Source: Octopus vulgaris (lineage: Eukaryota). Taken from it: 64,000 bases of DNA. Both the position numbers and the translations under genes were made by a program. Below, piece by piece: positions 26,522-39,100 of this stretch. Position 1 is the first letter of the stretch, and every line of letters begins with the position of its first letter. The notes beneath the pieces are model-generated. The model was not told the DNA's origin and searched no databases. It saw only the letters and a program-made list of their open reading frames with translations. The DNA lies in assembly GCA_951406725.2 (NCBI GenBank), contig OX597821.1, positions 117,366,001-117,430,000 of the forward strand, written 5' to 3'.

Positions 26522-26670
26522 GGTAAGAATGGAACCGCAAATGGCTCACTATCTCCAGTGACCTTGCACAGGACCGTCGAGTGTAGGCTATGGTTCGTGA
26601 CGCCATCAGGACCAGAGAAGAAGCTGGCTCAACCCGCCCAGGGTGAACGCCGTCACAAGTACAAGTAAGT
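26522..26670 (+). mobile_element. 3' end of a different RTE-clade LINE with CAAGTA tail
   Basis: Translates WNRKWLTISSDLAQDRRV*AMVRDAIRTREEAGSTRPG* followed by CAAGTACAAGTA. LAQDR and AGSTRPG* are RTE-type C-terminal signatures. Confidence 0.7.
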
Positions 26671-27515
26671 AGGGTAAGAAGAATATCTGTTGTAAGACAA
26701 TCAGCCTCAACAAATTTTATCTGACTCATTCAAACATGGAAAAGGGGACACTAAATGGTGATGGTTACCTAACAACTCCAAGATGGCTTGCATAATTTTA
26801 CTTTCATGCCAGTATTGAGTGCTTCTATGTTTAAATTACAGACTCTCCAACAAATCTAGATTTGATCTTCCACCATCTTGTTGGTAATTACACCTGCATA
26901 TATTTTACCTGAAGCTCTGTGTCTAGTTTAGTAACTTTCCATGGTTGGATGCCCTTCCTGTCACCAATCCGCACCCATTTCCAGTAAGGTAATATTTCCC
27001 CATCACCAGACGTTTTCATAGACGACTGAAAATCAACGACACCACTTATATGATGGTGGCATTCGTTTACAACTATCATGCTATGTCAAGGCAAAGAAGA
27101 CAGCAACACACACACACACATATATATACATACTCATGTATCTAATTTAGATTGGTTTCAGTCATTATCATTCAAGGCCATAACTAATTTAATAGAACTA
27201 TGTTTGTTATGACGATGAGGGTTCAAGTTGATCCAATCAACGGAACAGCCTGCTCTTGAAACTAATGTGCAAGTGGCTGAGTAATCCACAGACATGTGTA
27301 CCCTTAACATAGTTCTAAAGATTCAGCACGATACAGAATGTGACAAATCTGGCTCTTTGAAATACGGGTCCAACGCATTTTCACCAGCTGAGTGGACTGG
27401 AACATAAAATAAAGTGCCTTACCCCAAGGATACAATGTGATGCAGGACATCAAGCTCACAGCCGAACAATTGTGAGCCAAATAACTTGACCATTTAGCCA
27501 CAAAACTTATTAAAA

Positions 27516-27691
27516 TACAAAGAGGAGCTGAAAAGTTCCTGGCTTTGGGTAAAAGAAAACACAGAAGGATCAGTTAATTATGATTTTATTAAACATATTC
27601 CTCTCTCAGATTCACACACTTTATTGCAGTGGCCTTCCAGTTTTTCTCAGTCCTGTAAAAGAATTTGGAAGGTTGCACCTCCAAGTAGGCC
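27516..27691 (-). mobile_element. mariner 3'-end fragment
   Basis: TA + TIR-like start; minus strand gives ...KCVNLREEYV*, resembling the mariner transposase C-terminus. Abuts the LTR element at 27692. Confidence 0.6.
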
Positions 27692-28834
27692 TGTTATGCA
27701 AATAACGTTGATATAAAGAGCATGCGAATTTGACAGGAAGAGGAAGAGAGAATGGCCATTCAGAATAACGTACAGGACTATGATTAAAAATTAGTTTCTT
27801 TAATTGTCATGGATAAACCAGGATTTACTGGTTATACATGACAATTGAAGAAACTAATTTTTAATCATAGTCCTGTACATTATTCTGAATGGCCGTTCTC
27901 TCTTCCTCTTCCCGTTAAATGCACATGCTCTAACTTAATTAAGGCCATGCATCCCTTTGAGCGAATTTCCATTGATTTCAAAGGTCCAATTCCATCCACG
28001 AAGCATCCTTATCTCCTAACAATTGTTGACGAATATACTCGGTTTACATTTGGTTATTCAGTATCTGACACATCAATGTAGACTGTAATAAAGTGTCTTA
28101 CAGACTTGTTCTCAGTTTTTGGTATGCCCAGTTATGTACATTCAGATCGTGGAACTGCCTTTATGTCTACAAGATTGAGAGAATGGCTCCTCAGTAAGGA
28201 CATTGCAACGAGTAGGACGGCGCCATACAATCCCACTGGGAACAGTCAAGTAGAAAGATATAATGGTATTATTTGGAAGTCAGTACTACTCTCTTTGAAA
28301 ACCCGTGCCCTTCCAGTATCTTCATGGGAAACAGTTCTTCCAGACGCTTGGCATTCAATCAGATCTCTACTTTGTACGTCCACTAATGCCACTCCCCATG
28401 AACGTCTTTTTTAACTATCAAAGACGTTCAGCAACAGGAACCTCTATGCCAACATGACTTCTTAACCCAGAACCTGGCTTGTTCAAAGGAACAATCGCAC
28501 TAACAAGTATGACTCTATCGTGTACGAAGTTGATTTAATCGAAGCCAACCCCCAATACACTCATGTCCATTACCCAGATGGTCGCGAAACCACAGTATCC
28601 ACAAAACAATTTCCATCACCAGGGAAGATTAATTCAAACATTTGTCCCTCAAGAACCAGACAGAGAGCCAACTGAAATTTCTCCTCCTTCTAGAGATAAC
28701 TGTCAAGAACAAAAAGAAGAATCCCCTCAGTTGTGTTGATCACAAAGGATTCGGAAAGCCCTGGAAAGGCTTGATCTAGGATTTCTTTTCCTTCTTTTTC
28801 TAGGAGGGAGTGAATGTGATGCAAATAATGTTGA
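27692..28834 (+). mobile_element. Rearranged Ty3/Gypsy LTR retrotransposon relic
   Basis: 5' LTR start TGTTATGCAAATAACGTTGA (27692) is repeated as TGTGATGCAAATAATGTTGA (28815) directly after a polypurine tract AGGAGGGAGTGAA. An integrase pseudogene lies between them. Confidence 0.85.
27932..28630 (+). pseudogene. Gypsy integrase (rve, DD35E) fragment
   Basis: PFERISIDFKGP...LLTIVDEYTRF...(stop)...FGMPSYVHSDRGTAF...YNPTGNSQVERYNG with exactly 35 residues between the second D and E. Then a frameshift into ...EANPQYTHVHYPDGRETTVS. Confidence 0.92.
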
Positions 28835-30798
28835 ACGTTCCAGTATCCCCTTGTGCATGTGTGTATATATATATATATATATATACACGAGACCTATTGA
28901 GTCAAGTACATCAACATCAAAATAAATATCAAATGGAAATTGTAGTTGTGATACCTGTGCTAGTGGCACATAAAAAGCACCTACTACACTGGCGTTAGGA
29001 AGGGCATCCAGCTGTAGAAACACTGCCAGATCAGACTGGAGCCTAGTGCAGCCTCCTGGCTTCCCAGACCCTGGTCGAACCGTCCAACCTGTGCTACCAC
29101 AGAAAACGGAAGTTAAATGATGATGATGATATATATATATATATATATATATATAGTGGATTGAAAGAAAACTTTATTCTTCAAGACAAAATATATTTAT
29201 ATCTGTAAATAAGATGGTCAGTCTCGTAGTGAGGAGGATGGTATATGCTGGAATTACATTATGTTTCAGTGGTAGCTGAGAAGTTAAGAGATAAAAGATG
29301 AGAGAGAAAGAAAGAGATACAGTTTTTGAAGAAGCATACATAATGCCAAATCCCAAGTGCTAAGACACTGGATAGAATCTGACACGATTGTTTGGTGAAT
29401 TTGGAAAGTAGCTCTAAAATGAAAATGGTTAACGACCATGATATGACACCTGAAACTTCTTACCTTTTATCTTTTACTTGTTTCGCTCATTGGAATTTGG
29501 CCATGCTGGGGCACTGTCATGAAGTGTGAATGGATCGACCTGTAATTTTCCTTTGAAGTCTGGTACTTATTCTATTGGTCTTGTTTGCTGAACTAAGTTA
29601 CATGAATGTAAACAAACCAACACTAATTGTCAGGTGGTGGTGGTGGTGGGGGGGAGAGGACAAACACAAAGACACACATATACAATGGGCTTTCACACAG
29701 TTCCCATCAAATTCACTCACAACTAGGGCTATCGTAAAAAAGAAAAAGAAAGAAACTTGCTCAAGGTGCTTTGCAGTGAGACTGAACTCAAAAACACATG
29801 CTTGCAAAGCAAGCTTCTTAACCACACAGCCATGCCTGCAGCATTCATCCAATCAATTTTTAAAAAAAATATTATATTAGATATTGTAGTCCTAAACATA
29901 CTATATTTGAAAACAAGATGGCATTGTCATTCTTGGAAAGCCTTTGATCATAGGCCTTTGGAAATGGTCAACTCAGGATAACACAACAGCACTCTTCCAA
30001 ATCTTTGCTGTCAAAGAACTATTGAGGAAAGAGCCCTGCTATGAAACATTTCAAGCAAAATTTTGAATTTGCTGCTATGGAAAAACAAAAAGAAATATGG
30101 AAGCAAATAAGACTTTATTGCACCAAACTCTTCTGAAACATCATCAGTAAAATATATATTTGACTCAATATAACCCTGAAGTGGAGTAATAAGGATGTAT
30201 TCTGCACTACTAAGAAGTATAGTAACCCTAGGTGTAAAGAATTGCATTGCTATAGTCCTGTATGTTTATATGTTTCTTTATTACCCACAAGGACAGAAAA
30301 ACGGATTAAGCCGATTACATCGACCCCAGTGTGCAACTGGTACTTAATTTATCGATCCCAAAAGGATGAAAGGCAAAGTCGACCTCGGCGGAATTTGAAC
30401 TCAGAACGTAAAGACAGATGAAATACCGCTAAGCATTTCGCCCGGCGTGCTAACGATTTTGCGAGCTCGCCACCTTCTGTATAGTCACTGGAACAGCAGT
30501 CATGCTGAGGTACCACTTTGAAGGGTACAGTCAAACAAATTAATTCCAATATGTATTTAAGCCTGGTACTTTCTCAGTTGGTCTCTTTTGCTGAGCCACT
30601 AAGTTAGGAGAATGTCAAGAAACTTGGCCTGTCAAGCTGTGGGAGACAAACTTGAACAAGCTCACACATACACAGAATCATCAACATCGTCGTTTAACGT
30701 CTGCTTTCCATGCTGGCATGAGTTGGACGGTTTGACTGAAGACTGGCAAGCCAGAAGGCTGCACCAGGCTCATCTATATCTACATATATATATTTATA

Positions 30799-31145
30799 AA
30801 ATTTATAATTATATACATAATTGTATCAGGGATCAGGAAAAGCTTTCTCCAACAGGCTAAACATAGATGCCAAATGATGTTAAAAGCCACCATATAACTT
30901 CTAAGCAGACAAATGAAAAATAATAAATAAAACTTCACAGTTAGTTGTGGATCAGAACCAATTTCAAGCTTTTAGCAATGGAAAAAGCTTATTGCTCATC
31001 GTCAGCACAATAAGTGTAGCATTTGGTGTCTATGTTTAGCGTGCTCCAAGAAAGCTTTTCTTGATCCCTTTGATATAATTATAAATTTAGTATATAAAAA
31101 TTACCTATGAGGGTTTATTTCATGCTGACCACTTGATAAAATCAT
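30799..31145 (-). mobile_element. Penelope-like element: inverted arms enclosing a degenerate hammerhead
   Basis: Arms 30817-30876 and 31020-31082 are inverted copies. The minus strand between them reads CTGACGA-T-GAGC...GCTT-GAAATTGGTT. The flank at 31101-31140 matches 59573-59612 in reverse orientation. Confidence 0.6.
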
Positions 31146-31335
31146 TAACGTGATTCTATATATATATATATACACACACTCACAACTGGATTTCAGTGTT
31201 TCTGCTTACTGAATTCACTGAAAAGCATTAATCTTAAAATCTTGGAGGTACAATAGGACACTTGCACAGTGGTATTGAACCTGAAACCAAACTTCATAGC
31301 TGCATAGCCATGCCTGCACCTCTTAATTAAACCCT

Positions 31336-31680
31336 TCACTCCCTACAGAGCATAAGCCATTGATGACTTTGCTTAACTGTTCTCAGGGCTGTCTTTCCCG
31401 ATTCTCTCCAGTTGGATTCGTTGCAGCTTCTTTTTGAATTTTGCCGTACTGCATCATGTTTCCCTGAGGGGAAAACCCTCTTCTTCCAGATCTTGTTGGT
31501 TTTGATTATGTCATTGATGCTTCCGTAACTTTGTTTTCTCCAGGTAGGGGTGTTGGCCCTATGCAAACCCATTTTATTTCAGGGAAGAACTAGTCCATAT
31601 TAGTTGGGCCTATATCCTTTGACTTGCCCAGCATAGCTTTCAGGGCATTGAGATATACAAGCCCCTAAACCACAAGGACT
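31336..31680 (-). mobile_element. Probable internally deleted RTE-type element (5' UTR-like segment joined to 3' end)
   Basis: Minus strand GGGTTTGCATAGGGCCAACACCCCTACCTGGAGAAAA resembles RTE 5' UTR motifs; the segment ends like a degenerate RTE C-terminus. Heavily decayed. Confidence 0.4.
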
Positions 31681-32481
31681 GGACCTTATAGTGCCTGCAA
31701 CTATATATAAATAACCAATGCCGTTGACAGTCTTGTAGGAATCTGAACTTGGTGGAGGAAAAGGTGAAAAAGCAAACATGGTAACAATGCTTGTAATATA
31801 GAGTACTCCACTAAAAGTCATTCAAGGACCAAATAGGGGTGTTAAAAAGTATGGTCAATTAAATCTAAAAGATACAGCCCTTTCAATAAACTTCCTCATA
31901 CCAGATTAAAAATTTTTTAAAATTTGCTGTGCTTGAAAAAATTGTCAATGTATGCAAAAACGAGGATTTAAAGTGCTCCTGCATGCAACCAAATCCTGAC
32001 AAAAACTCTCCCTAAAACACCCTCCCTTCTATCTCCCACTCACTCTGCCCAATCCACTGTTCCACTTATATTCACCTTCCTGTAACTAACACATCTACCC
32101 CACCCTTTTCTAACGGGGGTAGCTGTGTATCTTGTCTACAAGATGCCTGTTCCTATCCCTCTATCATACTATAACCTCACATCATCTGGCATAAAACCAC
32201 CTCCCCTCAGCCTCATTTGAGGAGTCTTTCTTTGCAAGTTACTTGGTGGGTGACCTCACTAGTGCTGGTGTTATGTAAAATGCACCCAGTACACTCTATA
32301 AAGCGGTTGATATTAGGAAGAGCATCCAGTCATAGAAACCATGCCAAAGCAGATGATAGGATTTTGCAGTCCACTGGCTTGCTTGCTCCTATCAAACCAT
32401 CCAACACATGCTAGCACAGAAGGACAACAAATCATGACAGGTGTAGCTTTTCAAGCTGAATCCAATAACCGACTATAGAAC

Positions 32482-32917
32482 CCTCTTTTTGAAGAAATTA
32501 ATAAAGTTACAAACCTTTAGAGATTGGACCATTTTTTTTCCAGAATTCCAGCCAATCACATAATACTGGATGTTGGAATTACCATGTGTTCCCTTAGCAA
32601 GAGACCTACACATCATCACTAATGTCAGCTTTCCATGCTGGCATTGGTTGGACAGTTTGACTGAGGACTGGCAAGCCAGGAGGCTGCACCAGGCTCCAAT
32701 CGGATCTGTAGAGACCTTGCCAGATTAGAGTGGAGCCTGGTGCAGCCTCCCAACCCATGTCAGCATGGAAGGCATGATGATGATGATGATGTATAGGTCT
32801 CTTGCTAAGGGAACACATGGTAATTCCAATGTCCAGTACTTTGTGATTGGCTGAAATTCCAGAAAAAAGTTCCAATCTCTAAAGGCTTGTAACTTGATTA
32901 ATTTCTTCAAAAAGAGG
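32482..32917. repeat. ~435-bp fold-back: inverted MITE-like arms around two inverted RTE 3' ends
   Basis: CCTCTTTTTGAAGAAATTAAT...GAGACCTACACATCATCA versus TGATGATGTATAGGTCTC...ATTAATTTCTTCAAAAAGAGG. Confidence 0.9.
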
Positions 32918-34369
32918 ATTGTGATTTTCACATACAGCAGGAAAACTTACACGTGTAAAAATATTGAATATTAAAAAAAAAGCTTAAATTTGGATCTGGT
33001 GCAAAAATGAAAAGATTTTAGTTTCCATTTAACCAATTTCACTCACAAATCTTGGAATGACTTGCAGCTAGGTAGAAGGCAATTACCCAAAGTGTTGTTA
33101 AGTGAAATCAAAACCAGAACCAGGCAACTGAGACATAAACCGTTTAAAAAGATGGCCAAGTTTGCTATGTGAGTGTATTTCATTTTTTTGGAAGTAACTT
33201 CACATTTTTTTTAGCAAAACACATATTTCTACTACATTTCATTGTGGGTGACTGATTTCACATATATATATAAATATATATAATCCACAGATCACCCATT
33301 ACTTGCTAAAAAAAGTTTCTAATTTCAGAAGGAAGAAAACAAAATGAAACAAAAGATGAGATTTTTAAAATTTATTTTACATGATAAAAAGATATTTGGA
33401 TTTCCACAGCTTCAATAATTTTCATGGAACCAGAGTGAAAATTTAATCATTTAATTAATCAAACAAACTAGATATAAGCCTAATTTCTTGATGAGAGGAA
33501 TAATTATAACAACGGCAGACGAAAAAAGGTTTACATCCACTCTTGGCATGGGTTTGGGCAGTTATTCTGAAGTAGTGCTTCATGACAGGTGGACCTACTT
33601 GTCACCACTCCTTTTAATGGCCCTTTATGACAAGCATTGGTCTAATCTAGTAGTTAGATTGCTGCACTCACAATCGCAAAATCGAGGTTTTGATTCTTGG
33701 ATCAGGCAGAGTATTGTGTTCTTGAGCCAAACAATTCATCTCAATGTAGCTCTGCAATCACTTCGACAACTGATGTGTAGCACTCCATGCCTTTTGTACA
33801 AGCAATGTCAACTTGATGGAGAGAGCAGAAACTCTTGATTGGTATAGACAAATCATCTGTGCAGATTGTTCAGCAACAAGTTGTGGAAACTTCATCAGAT
33901 GCTTACAACAGGAGACTCCACCATAGCAAGTAGCTACACTGTGTATGCATTCTAAGACCAAGATACAAAGCTAAATTAAATCAGAATATTTAATGCAAGT
34001 GATTAATTTACATACCAGTGTTCTCTTATTCTTAGTAAATCTTTATTCCAAAAACAAAAAAAACAGAAGTCTTTATTACATCTGAATATCATGCACAATT
34101 CAAAACAAAGCACATTGATGTCAAATTGTAATCACAAACAAATCACTAATTAATTTTGTGCTTAAATTAATTAGCCGAGTACTTCTTGAAGATATCAAAA
34201 TGTTTCTATATAAATACAACTTGTTTAAAACTGATTTTTCTTTCACTTTTACTTTGCAAGTCGTCAGAGAATCTTAATGAAATCAGCATACATTTTTTTC
34301 CGTTGCAAATTATTAACAAATACTATTTAAAATATCAACCCAATTTTTGCTTCAGTTTTAATTCTAATA

Positions 34370-34588
34370 GCTATTTCTACTCTAGGCACCAAGGCCTTGA
34401 ACATTTTGGGAGAAGGGGGCTAGTTAATTATACTGACCCCAGTGCGTAACTGGTACTTATTTCATCGACCCTGAAAAGATGAAAGGCAAAGTTGACCTCG
34501 CGGAATTTGAACTCAGAATGAAATGGCAGATGAAATACTGCTAAACATTATGCCCGGTGTGCTAATGATTCTGCTAGCTCACCATCTT
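34370..34588 (-). mobile_element. SINE family B with 16-bp TSD
   Basis: AGTTTTAATTCTAATA at 34354-34369 and 34589-34604 flanks the copy, consistent with target-primed insertion. Confidence 0.8.
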
Positions 34589-37500
34589 AGTTTTAATTCT
34601 AATAATGCTAATAACTTAGAAAACTAATTTAAGACCAAATAGTTAGATATTATAAAGAGAAATTAAAAACTGAACATCCACTCATCCTCATATAACGTCC
34701 ATTTCCATGCTGGCATGGGTTGGACGGTTCAACAGGAGCTGGCAAGGCTGGAGGGCTGCACCAGGCTCCAGTCATCTGCTTTGGCATGGTTTCTATGGAT
34801 GGATGCCCTTCCTAACACCAACAACATTACAGGGTGCACTGGATGCACTTTATATAGCACCAGCACAGGTGCATTTTATGTGGCACAGGAACAGGTGCTG
34901 TCTACATGGCACCGGCAGGGTTGCCAAGTAGCTTACAAGAGAAAGACCTCTCAGCTGAGGGAAGTGGCTGTGAGCCAGGTTAGAATATAATAGGACAGAG
35001 ATAGTCGTCTTTCTATAGAAGGGATATTTGGCTACTCCAGGAGAGGAAGGAGAGAGAGAGAGAGAATTAGTGAAAGTTAAAGACAGTCAGAGTGAGAGAG
35101 AGACAAAGAGATGGTGTTGGAAATGTACAGAGGAGATAGCAGGGGATGCTCCATAAGAGTGTGAGCAGAGATGTTGAGATGGGGAAGATATGGCTGTAGC
35201 AAGTGATTGTGAGAGAAAATGGAATGGCTGAGAGGATGGGGGGGGGGGAATATATTTATATATATATAAAAAAAGATATGAAATATGAATTGGCTAATAG
35301 GACACAAGCTTGGAGAATTTAAATTGCATTTGTAGAACAGATGTATTGACAAAAGTGAAAGGAAAAAAACAAAAAAGAAAGAAAATGAGCTGTGTGTTTC
35401 GAATTTTCAATTCCCTCTTGACTGGCTTCTCTGTGGACATATCTGGTCATGGAGAAACATTACCTTGCTTGGAAACAGGTGCATACAGGTGACAGGAAAG
35501 TCATCTCGCTGTTGAGGCAGATTTTCTACAGTGAGATGCCCTTCCTGTCACCAATATCTACCGGTTTCCAAGCAAGGTAATGTCTCCTCATGACCGCATA
35601 TGTTCAGGCTATGAGGAAATATTAACTTGGTTGGAAGCAGATGAGTGGTGGTGATGGGAGGGGCCTCTTGTCATAAAAATCTGCCTCAATGAAATTCTGA
35701 AAAGTAGACATTAAAACAATGATGATGATGAAGACAAGACAAAAACTCATGTTCAACAAACAACTGGAATACAGATTTTATAAACACTTTTGATAGTAAC
35801 CTCACTAGAAATTTCTGATGTAAACCTTTATAGTCATTGAAATGACCCCATGTAATCAGCCTACAGTAAGCTAGAAATCCTTCAATCATTTTTAGATAAG
35901 CTGAAAAAATAACAGTAATAAAAATTCAGTTGAACTCAGTCATTCAAATATAATCAAGAATTTCTAATATATTATTCTAATAAATTTTCTATAGTAAGGT
36001 GTAAACAAATAATTTCTGTTAGAAAGCTGAGGAAACACAAGAGAAATATTTCCATTTCTTAACTTCTCAGAAACAAACACTACAATAAAGTAAGAACAGA
36101 ACTGGCAATGGCTAATTCAACTTCCAGTCACTTAGCACAGATAAGTGTATGGACGTGTTAAGATAAAGAGCACATAGTATTCAAGAGTTACAGATTCTAT
36201 GACATACAAACAATTGATAATTAATTCTTCACAGCTTCCACACATGACCAATGCAATTACCCCAAAACCAATTTGTATATATTTTGAAAATTACACTCCC
36301 TGTTCCATACAGCCAACACGTTTCCTTAATACTCAAAAAAACATTGTCTGTAGAAACATACAGGCTCCTATTCATCATCACCATTTTCACGTCCACTTTT
36401 CTATACTCACATGGATAGGATGGAATTTGTCTGAGGCAGGATGCTCTTCCTGTTGCCCACCATCACCTGTTTCCAAGTAAGGTAATATTTCCCCACAATG
36501 CTCCCACAGAAGATTGGAAACAAAGGACACTGCTTGTATGACAGTGACATTCATTTACAGCTACCACTTGAAGTCAAGGCATGGAGAAAGTAACACACAA
36601 ACACATACACAACAGGCTTCCTTAAGTTTACCACTTGTTCACCGTACCATGCAGTGGGAGTGAACCTGGAATCATGTAGTTGAGAAGAAAACTTCTTACC
36701 ACACAGCCACACCTGCACTCACTATTATATTGTAAATTTACATTTTTGTTTCATCACCTGCACTTTCCTGCTACTGCATTTCTCTAGATCATGAATATGG
36801 CACTTTGATGCAAATACTAAGATTTTTCAAACTATTTCAGCAGATTAATACTGCTTTGGGAAGGAAAATGCTTCCTGGGAAGCATCAAGTGCCAGCTTCT
36901 ATTTTCAAAACAGAAAAAAAAAAAAAATCCTATTAATCATTTTAATACCAAAACAAATGGATTGCAGAATTAAAAACAGAAATCTGTACGACATGGAAAA
37001 AGCTACAGAGTACCACTGAGATGGATGTCAACAGACAGCAAAAATATTTCTAATTAGTACTTGACATTGTCTACTATCTTTATTATGGTTGAATTTAACT
37101 CCTTAGCATTCGAATTATGCTGTTGAATGTAATGTGTTTTTATTCTCATGGTTTTGAATTAATCATGTATTATCTCATAGATTCAAGATTTGGGTGATGT
37201 GATTGTTTGTTTTAGGAACAACATTGTAGGGTCGGTGTGAGAGGCTGCATTTGGCCAGTTTGATGATAAATATGTAATTTTGGGTCAAAGAAATTTTATG
37301 GCTACTCATCATGTACATGCAGTTGCAACCATGAGGCTTCGAGTTCACTCTCACTGTTCAGCAAGTGTTTTCTACAATAGCTCTGGATCAATCAATGCGT
37401 TGTGAATGAATTTGATAAACGGAAACTGTGAGGAAGCCCGTAGTATCTGTGTGTGTGTTTGTGCATCTTTATACTCGTATTTCACCGCTTGACAACCGGT

Positions 37501-38786
37501 GTTGGTTTGTTTGCAACCCGCAACTTAACTGTTTGCCAAAAAAAAAAAAAAAGAAGAAAGACCGATAGAGTAAGTACCAGACTTAAATGTAAGTAGTGGG
37601 AGTCGATTTGATTGACCGTACCCCTGCAATGGCCGTAGTCCAATGACTGAAACAAGTAAAAGAATAAAGACAATAGACTGATATTTCACAGATAATAAAT
37701 AGAATAGGTTACAATAAAAGAAGCCTAGTTTTAAGTATAGAATCTGGAAAAACTAACTTGACTCGGAGGAAATGAGAAAACTTCACCCGACTCAAATGAG
37801 AATGAGTTTGTTTATTAAAGTGAAAATATTCAAAATAAAAGAGTTATCCACCCTTGAGATGATTTTAAAGCTCAACTTGGGTCAACATGGCTTGTTTATT
37901 TATTACTAAATAATAATTGACTGATTGAAGTTATTTGTGAAATAAAGGGTCAATAATGGAATTAGCCTCTTCTGTGAATAGGATATCTAAAAGATAACCT
38001 GAGAGAAATCGGAGCAAGATTATTAAATGTATGCAAAAACTTACAGCACAGATGTGCAATGTTGTTATTATTTTTTTTACATGAACAGGTGAATGTTTTG
38101 TTAGCTGATAACAAGCAAAATGAGGGATGTTGATTTGATAATAATAAAACTTGATCTCAGAAATTAAAAGCATAAACATAGATTTGATTCCACAAATTTG
38201 TTGGATACAAATGCTGCAGGTGAAAGAGTCAGAACTAACAGGTGAATATTAAATTCTAACTTTTGGAAACACATAGATCCCAAGCTGTAAAGGAATCGCA
38301 GATTTATTTAAACAGTTCACAATAAACCTTATTTTTTTTTTGATGATTTAAAAAAAAATTTATACAATTCAAAGATAGAGATTTTGTATGGTGCAAGGAA
38401 TCTAGAATCCAGATGCCTTTGAATTAACAGATGTAAAATGTAACTCACACGATACGGGACAATCTATAAAATTACCTTAAGAAAAAGAAGTCAGTATGGA
38501 AGATGACATTATAAATTGGCAATAATTTAAAATTATTGAATTAAGTAGTTTATTCGGTCAATAAACGGGACTTACGATGTTGTCAATACGTACTTAAAGC
38601 CACTGATCCGGATGAAGAAAATAAAGCCATTTTTATTCAATTCATTAAAATATCAGAAAAATGGCTTGGTAAACAGAAGACAGTGTTTATAAGCGCAATA
38701 AAGATATTTATTAATTGCAAAAGCTTAAATAACAATTAAAGACTTGACGAAGCTTACGTGACAAAATGACAACCGAATGTACTTAC

Positions 38787-38829
38787 GTCTATATTCCGCC
38801 ATCAAACGTCTCAGAGCAGATCCTGCCAT
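38787..38829 (-). CDS. UBE2G2: Ubiquitin-conjugating enzyme E2 G2 (Ubc7), coding exon 1
   Basis: Minus strand reads aaaATGGCAGGATCTGCTCTGAGACGTTTGATGGCGGAATATAGAC|GTAAGT = MAGSALRRLMAEYR + 1 nt. This matches the metazoan UBE2G2 N-terminus (human MAGTALKRLMAEYKQ). It has a phase-1 canonical GTAAGT donor and a good Kozak context, and lies in a CpG-rich promoter region. Confidence 0.9.
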
Positions 38830-38929
38830 TTTTCACTTATTATCAAATTTGTTTTCTCTCTTCAGAATTTCATTACTTGCTTATGCCCGTCAATGTGTCA
38901 GTGTAAATATTGAGACAACCTATCTGTAA

Positions 38930-39100
38930 CAAGAGCACGGACATCACCGTGACACCGCCATTACAAATAGGAAGTACGACCGCAGTCGTCGGGTAATAGC
39001 GAGATGGTGATTGGTCGGTTTGGAAATATGTTTAAATTACTGGCCAATGAGCATCGAGCTTTTAGAACGCAGTCACAACGGCGCATTAGCTGTGTAATCG
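38930..39100. promoter_or_regulatory. Bidirectional TATA-less core promoter between UBE2G2 (-) and an unidentified + strand gene
   Basis: CpG-dense. Oppositely oriented CCAAT boxes (ATTGG 39010, CCAAT 39044), ETS-type GGAAGT at about 38970 and YY1-like CCGCCAT at about 38955. It lies between a leftward ATG (38829) and rightward ATG exons (40208, 40501). Confidence 0.65.

Noticed and set aside
39005-39065. ER-stress element (CCAAT-N9-CCACG) at the UBE2G2 promoter
   Set aside because: CCAAT boxes are present, but none is followed by CCACG at 9-nt spacing on either strand.
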